A stretch of 64,000 nucleotides of DNA from Candidatus Omnitrophota bacterium. Its GTDB lineage: Bacteria; Omnitrophota; Gorgyraeia; Zapsychrales; JAHFFX01. Below, piece after piece: positions 58,913-64,000 of the stretch. The notes below the pieces were generated by a model, which was given only the letters and a program-made list of their open reading frames with translations, searched no databases and was not told the origin of the DNA. Numbering within the stretch: the first letter of the stretch is position 1; the number at the start of each line of letters is the position of its first letter. The stretch lies in the NCBI GenBank assembly GCA_023247705.1, contig JAHFFY010000006.1, positions 6,623 to 70,622 on the forward strand, given 5' to 3'. The translations under genes and the position numbers were made by a program.

Positions 58913-61122
58913 GCCCGGCAAGTTTTTTTAAAAAAATGCGCCTTACACGGTTTTTTATAAAACACTTGATTTTTTTCATCCCTATTTTTTTGTGGCTTTT
59001 TATTTATCGAAAAGCCCTGATGGGGGGACCTTGCATGACCCGCCACGGCATGGATTATTATTTCCTCATAAAATATTATATGGAAAATTTGATTCGCGGC
59101 GTTTTTCCGATGTGGGACCCCTTTCTTTTTTGGGGGAAGGCGGATGATCTGGATATGCGGTTTATCGGCGAGTTCAATCCGTTCTTGTGGCTATATCCTT
59201 TGTTTTTAAAACTTGGTTTTGCCCCGCCGCAAAGCTTTATCTTTTACGCAATCAGTTATTTTTTCATCGGGTTAATCGGGTTCTATCTGTTGGCTAAAAG
59301 AATTTTCAAGGATCGGCTTCTGGCATGTTGCGCGTTCGTATTGTTCTTGTTTTCCTCGGAAGTGGCCCCGATCTTTAATAACTTTTGCATCGCGTTATTG
59401 GTTGTTCCCGCGGTTTGGTTTTTTTATTTCCTGGTCGCTTTCGCACAGGAGCCGGACCAGAAATTTTTTTTGGGGTTGGTCTTTTCGGTGATGATCCTTG
59501 CGATCACTTACATGCCGTTTTATTGGTTGACTGTCTTGATATTTTTCCTGATCAGCTTTATCGTTTTATATCCGAAGGAAACCAAAACGATTTTGGGGCG
59601 CTGGATGAATTTTATCGTCCGAAATAAATTGATCGTACTGTTCGGTGTCTTGGCGATTGGTCTGGCCATGATCCCCGGCATCCTGTGGTATTGTTCGGCG
59701 CAGCGGGGGGATTTTGTTTTCTCATGGCGGCATGCCGGGGCAGAAGATCCTAACGCGGCCAGCGTGAATATTGAAACCATCAATGCCGGCGGGATTATCG
59801 CGCCGTATATTTTCAAATCATTGTTTTCCCATTTAGATCAGGCGGATCTTTTTTTCTATATTCCCGGAGTTTGTTTTGTCATTCTGGCGTTAGCCGTGCT
59901 TAATCGTTTGAACCGGGTATCGATCATTTTATTTGTGGTCGGTTTTATTATTTTCCTGATTACCCTCGCGGACTTGACACCGGTGCACCGGCTGCTTTAT
60001 CAGTCGGTTTATTTTTTCCGGCTCTTTCGAAACATTTTTTATTTTCTTTATATGGCGATTCCGGTTTTCATTTTATTCTGTGTAGAACAATTGCGTTTGT
60101 TATTCAACAATCAGCCGATTGATACGAAGACGAAAATTTATAAGCTGGGTGGCATTTTTCTGCTGCATTTGGGTTTCTTGTGGTTTCTTTACCGGCAGGA
60201 AGATATCATTCCTTCGTTTTATATTACGGTGGGGTTAAGTTTTATTTTTTTTGCTTCCTATTATCTCGGCTGGATTAAGCGGGAAAGACCTGTGTTCGCG
60301 GCTACACTGATCATTCTCCTGGTTTTATCACCGGTGGACGTTTTCAGGTCCTGTCTTAAAAACGGATTTTCGATCGTTGACTGGAAACCGAAGGACCGTT
60401 TTTATCCGCGGTTTTCTTTTCTGCGCCCTTTTAAAAAAGACGAGGGCGATTTTTATAAAGGAAAAAGTCCGCAGGACGTCCAGGACGCGTCGGGATTTGC
60501 TTCATGGAAATATTCGGGCTATCCGGCGTCTTATCTGTTGCATGAGCACATTAATCACGATATTCTGGAGACTTATGTCCGGCACAAATTCGTTGTATAC
60601 GATAACGCACAAACTCGGGACGGACAGCAATTTGATTTTAAAGTAATGGAAAAGGTTTTTGCACAAAGAAAGAACATCGCTTTTGTCTTTCCGGACCCAT
60701 TGCGCCCGATCGCTTCTTCATCGGCGTCTTCGCTTGATTCAATCTCAGGCGAACCTTTATTTGTGGAAGGAAACTCGTCTGAATTCCAGCTTGATGTCTT
60801 CGACATCAATCGCGTTCAAGTGAAAACGATGTTTCCGGTACAAAAATTTCTTGTTTATAATGACAACTATGATCCGGCCTGGCAGGTTTTTGTTAATGGC
60901 CGACGGGAAGAGATCTTGCGGGCCAATCTGGCGTTTAAAGGAATTTGGCTTAAGCCGGGCAAGAATGTGGTTGAGTTCCGATACGGATCATGGCCGCGGC
61001 ATTTTGTTAATTTTTTTCTTTTGTTCTTTTTTAATGGTTTCTTTCTTTATCTTGTTGGGCGGTGGATTTTATTTTACCGCGGCAACACAGGGATCAAAGA
61101 TGTTCAGATGAAGACCGCGTAG
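58909..61122 (+). CDS. Large polytopic membrane protein, YfhO/GT-C-like putative glycosyltransferase
   Basis: 737 aa with many TM helices. The N-terminal loop FPMWDPFLFWGKADD is reminiscent of YfhO. A soluble C-terminal domain is present. Confidence 0.4.
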   Translation: MSPASFFKKMRLTRFFIKHLIFFIPIFLWLFIYRKALMGGPCMTRHGMDYYFLIKYYMENLIRGVFPMWDPFLFWGKADDLDMRFIGEFNPFLWLYPLFLKLGFAPPQSFIFYAISYFFIGLIGFYLLAKRIFKDRLLACCAFVLFLFSSEVAPIFNNFCIALLVVPAVWFFYFLVAFAQEPDQKFFLGLVFSVMILAITYMPFYWLTVLIFFLISFIVLYPKETKTILGRWMNFIVRNKLIVLFGVLAIGLAMIPGILWYCSAQRGDFVFSWRHAGAEDPNAASVNIETINAGGIIAPYIFKSLFSHLDQADLFFYIPGVCFVILALAVLNRLNRVSIILFVVGFIIFLITLADLTPVHRLLYQSVYFFRLFRNIFYFLYMAIPVFILFCVEQLRLLFNNQPIDTKTKIYKLGGIFLLHLGFLWFLYRQEDIIPSFYITVGLSFIFFASYYLGWIKRERPVFAATLIILLVLSPVDVFRSCLKNGFSIVDWKPKDRFYPRFSFLRPFKKDEGDFYKGKSPQDVQDASGFASWKYSGYPASYLLHEHINHDILETYVRHKFVVYDNAQTRDGQQFDFKVMEKVFAQRKNIAFVFPDPLRPIASSSASSLDSISGEPLFVEGNSSEFQLDVFDINRVQVKTMFPVQKFLVYNDNYDPAWQVFVNGRREEILRANLAFKGIWLKPGKNVVEFRYGSWPRHFVNFFLLFFFNGFFLYLVGRWILFYRGNTGIKDVQMKTA

Positions 61123-61150
61123 CTGGGCAAGACAACAGACAGAGGTTTTT

Positions 61151-62092
61151 ATGTTTTTGGTTTGGGGCAAAGATATTTCAAAATATCTTTTCACGAGAGT
61201 TTTTATTTTATACCTCGCGGCGTTTTTTGTGTTTTGGGGAGTACTGGACCAGAAGAAAGCCAAGAAAAAAATTCTCAATTATCTCGCTCTCCCGATCAAT
61301 TATCTTGTATTGTTCGCCGATCAACAAGAGGCATTTGATGCCAAGAAATTATCCGATTACGCAGCGTTTTATGAGACATATATCGATAATGTTCCCGGTG
61401 CGTTAGATGCGTATGCCGCTTTAGGGGTTTGTTATTATTTTTTGGGAAAAACTAAAAAGGCGATTGAGGTTTTCAGCAAGGCTATCAATTCCAATCCGCC
61501 TTGTTTTTGGTTCTATTATAATCTGGGTGCTATTTATTTTAATTTGGGTGATTATACGAGAGCCTCAGCATTATTCAAGAAAGCGGTGATCATGGATCCC
61601 GCCGGAACTTTTTATTTCCTGCGGTCTTCCAGGATCTTTACTCTGATCGAATCGCCCCAGTTGACCGACTCATACCACCCGTACATCAAGCCGGTTTCGC
61701 TGGAGCAGATTGGATCAAAGATGCAGACAGGTTATCAAAAGGCGTATGAAGCGCTGATGAAAAGCGCTTATTTTCTCAACGACGGACCGGCGGCTTTAGA
61801 ATACGCGGTTAAATCTCTCGAATTAAATCCGGGGGATCCTGCGGTTTATTTTTATAGCGGCATATTGACTTATCAGTTGGGCCGCGTCTCCGATGCGGCG
61901 CAGTTTTTTAAGGAATCCTTGAAGAATGATCCCAGAAATCCTGAAACGTTTTATTATCTGGGACTTTGTTTCAATCGGCTGAAACAAAATGACGTCGCCA
62001 AAAAGTTTTTTGAAGAAGCCGTTCTCCTCGGCAAAAAGGACCGGCAGGAGTTGGGATTTACCAAAGAACCGATGCGGTTGGTGGTGTTCTAA
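61151..62092 (+). CDS. TPR-repeat protein with an N-terminal TM anchor
   Basis: Multiple 34-aa TPR units (AYAALGVCYYFLGKTKKAIEVFSKAI, YNLGAIYFNLGDYTRASALFKKAV, and others). Confidence 0.7.
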   Translation: MFLVWGKDISKYLFTRVFILYLAAFFVFWGVLDQKKAKKKILNYLALPINYLVLFADQQEAFDAKKLSDYAAFYETYIDNVPGALDAYAALGVCYYFLGKTKKAIEVFSKAINSNPPCFWFYYNLGAIYFNLGDYTRASALFKKAVIMDPAGTFYFLRSSRIFTLIESPQLTDSYHPYIKPVSLEQIGSKMQTGYQKAYEALMKSAYFLNDGPAALEYAVKSLELNPGDPAVYFYSGILTYQLGRVSDAAQFFKESLKNDPRNPETFYYLGLCFNRLKQNDVAKKFFEEAVLLGKKDRQELGFTKEPMRLVVF

Positions 62093-62203
62093 TAACTGCT
62101 TTGAGTTCCACGGGCATGCCCATGGGTATCTACTCGTTAAATTATATTTTAAGAATCGTTTCAGCAATACGGTGATCAAAAGGAACGATAATCGTATAGC
62201 GCA

Positions 62204-62280
62204 GTGCAAAAGTTTTGCAACACAGTTTGGGGAAGTATCTCCTCTAGAAAATATTCAAAAATGTTGCAGAACTTTTGCAC
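62204..62280 (+). promoter_or_regulatory. Pair of inverted 18-bp sites (GTGCAAAAGTTTTGCAAC and GTTGCAGAACTTTTGCAC), each internally palindromic (TGCAAAA-N-TTTTGCA), upstream of a GT-C gene
   Basis: Read directly. The sites are 17/18 reverse complements of each other, about 41 bp apart, and 35-110 nt upstream of the ATG at 62314. Confidence 0.4.
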
Positions 62281-62313
62281 CAGGCTATAAGGGCAGAAGG
62301 GGAAGACAGTAAG

Positions 62314-63837
62314 ATGAATCGAGAATGTTCGTTTCGCCAGGGCAATATTTTATCATTCGCGGTTCTGTGTCTTCTTTTAATCGGAAACCTCTTCTTTTTG
62401 AAATATAACGCGTTTCGTTATTTCCATTTTTACGATATGTGCTTTTCTTTGGACGGCGGGTGGCGGATTTTAAAAGGGCAGAAACCGTATATCGATTTCA
62501 TTTATTTTTCCGGACCGATTCATTTATATCTGCACGCGCTGTTCTTTAAATTATTTGGCTTTGGAAAGACCGCAGTCTGGGTCCATCTTTGGATGGTGAA
62601 CTCGATCGTCGTGGTTTTTGTCTATCTGTTGACGTATCGGTGGATGCCGTTTTATTTAACTTTTTTGGTGGCGGTTTTAACGACGACCTCATTTTATTGG
62701 CCGGTCTCGCATCCGTGGCACGATCAATCGACGCATTTATGGGGCATTGTGGGGATCGCTTATTTAAGCCGGAGGATTCCATTCACAAAACCATCTCAAG
62801 CATTTCAAACCGGATTGTTTTGCGGGGTCATGGCTGTTTTATCTTTTATGACTAAAATAAACATTGGAATGGCTTATCTCGTCTTGTTTGCGCTTGTTTG
62901 TTTGGTCTCCGACCAAAGAAAAAACGCCTTGCTCGGTTACGGGATCGGCCTTGGCGCAGCCTTGATCGTCATGCGCTTATTGATCACGGATCCCAAAGCG
63001 TACATTGATCAAATCGTCACCTATGGGCAATTGACACGAGATCAGCGCTTATCGGGGTTTCTGCAAATTTCAAAATGGCTGAGCAATTATTATTGGTTTC
63101 CGCTCGTGATCGTTGGTTTGAACATCTGTGCTTTTGTAAAGCCTTTAAAGGAATGGATCATTTTATTTATCGGGACATTTGTCGTCGCAATAATCTCCAT
63201 TGTCTCGGGACAGATGATCCCTGAGGCGAATGTTTGTTTATGGGGGGTTTTTCTGGGATTGGCTTTTATTCTTTTATTCAAAAAAAGAAATCTGATCCGG
63301 GGAGGGAAACATGTTTTGTTGTGGAGATCATCCCTGGGGGCTTTAATCATTTTTACGTTTGTGTTGATCGGTTTTTCGGTTAAGTTTGGTTTGGATCTGA
63401 AGGCGTGGACGTATATCACCGGCAAGACACCAGTCGGCGTTTACGCCATCGAAACAGAACCATTCAAAGGATGGCACACCGACCCGATCAAAGGACAAGC
63501 CCTGGATCAATTCGCTAATTTTATTAAAAGCAATGTTCCTGCGGATCAATCGTTGCTGGTGCTTTCTGATTTGCAGATTCTATACGCGCTGACCGGACGG
63601 GACAGTTATCGGGGAATTCCTCTTTTTGTTTTTCGCAAGAATCACATGCCGGTCCCGGGCAAACAGCTGGAGGAGGTCTCGCGGCATCTGCGGGAGCACT
63701 TGCCGGATTGGATTATTCTGGATGTAGACAATTATTTTTTGGAAATACCGTATTTGGGATTAAAGGATATTATTAACAAAGATTATTTTGTCGTTTTTCC
63801 CTCGGGGCCATATGCCCTGATAAGGCACAGGATTTAA
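62314..63837 (+). CDS. GT-C-fold polytopic membrane glycosyltransferase (ArnT/PMT-like), tentative
   Basis: About 12 TM helices. Loop-1 acidic motif (FYDMCFSLDGGW). SD AGGGGAAG before the ATG at 62314. Confidence 0.45.
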   Translation: MNRECSFRQGNILSFAVLCLLLIGNLFFLKYNAFRYFHFYDMCFSLDGGWRILKGQKPYIDFIYFSGPIHLYLHALFFKLFGFGKTAVWVHLWMVNSIVVVFVYLLTYRWMPFYLTFLVAVLTTTSFYWPVSHPWHDQSTHLWGIVGIAYLSRRIPFTKPSQAFQTGLFCGVMAVLSFMTKINIGMAYLVLFALVCLVSDQRKNALLGYGIGLGAALIVMRLLITDPKAYIDQIVTYGQLTRDQRLSGFLQISKWLSNYYWFPLVIVGLNICAFVKPLKEWIILFIGTFVVAIISIVSGQMIPEANVCLWGVFLGLAFILLFKKRNLIRGGKHVLLWRSSLGALIIFTFVLIGFSVKFGLDLKAWTYITGKTPVGVYAIETEPFKGWHTDPIKGQALDQFANFIKSNVPADQSLLVLSDLQILYALTGRDSYRGIPLFVFRKNHMPVPGKQLEEVSRHLREHLPDWIILDVDNYFLEIPYLGLKDIINKDYFVVFPSGPYALIRHRI

Positions 63838-63839
63838 AG

Positions 63840-64000
63840 ATGAATTTATCCGAACTCACATCTCGCCTCGATCGGTGGACGGCCAGCAAATTGTCTCTGG
63901 CCGTGATCGGCTTTGTTCTTTTTTTCGCCTTGATCGCGGCCTATTCTCAGTATCTTCGCACCATCAGACAGATTGAAACGGGTGTTTTTTCCGCCGATAA
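63840..64000 (+). CDS. 5' end of a CDS continuing beyond the window (membrane protein)
   Basis: ATG at 63840 followed by a TM segment (LSLAVIGFVLFFALIAAY). The ORF is still open at the window end. Confidence 0.4.
   Translation, partial: MNLSELTSRLDRWTASKLSLAVIGFVLFFALIAAYSQYLRTIRQIETGVFSAD

Noticed and set aside
61989-62312. 107-aa ORF spanning the TPR gene end and the palindrome-containing intergenic region
   Set aside because: It overlaps the 3' end of the TPR gene out of frame and covers the operator-like sites. It has no SD.
1-64000. CRISPR arrays, rRNA genes, IS elements or transposases
   Set aside because: No repeat-spacer periodicity was seen, no transposase or integrase-like ORFs, and no rRNA-like conserved stretches. 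The only repeats are intragenic coding repeats and short palindromes.

Overview
This is a ~64 kb bacterial chromosomal segment. It is AT-leaning and densely coding, and most genes sit on the + strand. No rRNA, CRISPR array or transposase was seen. The annotation rests only on reading the translated ORFs, motifs and repeats by eye; no searches were run.

Recognisable housekeeping genes: lnt, glpK, glpD, carA, carB, purF, pyrG, rpe, tRNA-Leu(GAG) and tRNA-Glu(CUC).

Accessory content, in order along the window:
(1) An ECF sigma factor translationally coupled to a 910-aa anti-sigma factor that carries a C-terminal YfbK-like vWA domain. A decayed duplicate of that gene's 3' end and its terminator lies downstream.
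(2) A 1.1 kb AT-rich insertion splitting glpK from glpD. It carries a small membrane protein and a Phd/RelE-type toxin-antitoxin pair with a palindromic operator.
(3) A TMTC/PMT-like membrane TPR protein interrupted by an in-frame TAG.
(4) A 933-aa cysteine-rich, eukaryote-like extracellular protein with an Flp-pilin-type leader (G/QTAIEY). It has five tandem Cys repeats, about seven Sushi/CCP-like modules and two thrombospondin type-1 repeats. An HTTM (vitamin-K-dependent gamma-carboxylase-like) membrane protein follows immediately.
(5) A minus-strand FIST, GAF histidine kinase, REC-GGDEF (GGDDF variant) signalling operon.
(6) A retropepsin-like aspartic protease next to tRNA-Glu.
(7) A ~28 kb glycan and lipid modification island at 36-64 kb, containing:
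- two B12-binding radical SAM enzymes;
- a fused epimerase-GT2 protein;
- an Arn/Gnn-like oxidoreductase, aminotransferase, GT2 and GT-C set;
- WbuX-type amidotransferase, HisF-like cyclase, DUF354 protein and AsnB-like amidotransferase;
- a methyltransferase, a hexapeptide acetyltransferase and an MprF-like flippase domain protein;
- several GT-C and YfhO-like membrane proteins and a TPR protein;
- an unusual module of a fused E1 alpha/beta 2-oxoacid dehydrogenase, an E2-like acyltransferase ending in a Cys4 ribbon, and an ACP fused to holo-ACP synthase, with no E3.

The two most novel candidates are the Cys-rich Flp-leader protein with its HTTM neighbour, and the E1/E2/ACP-AcpS module inside the glycan island.
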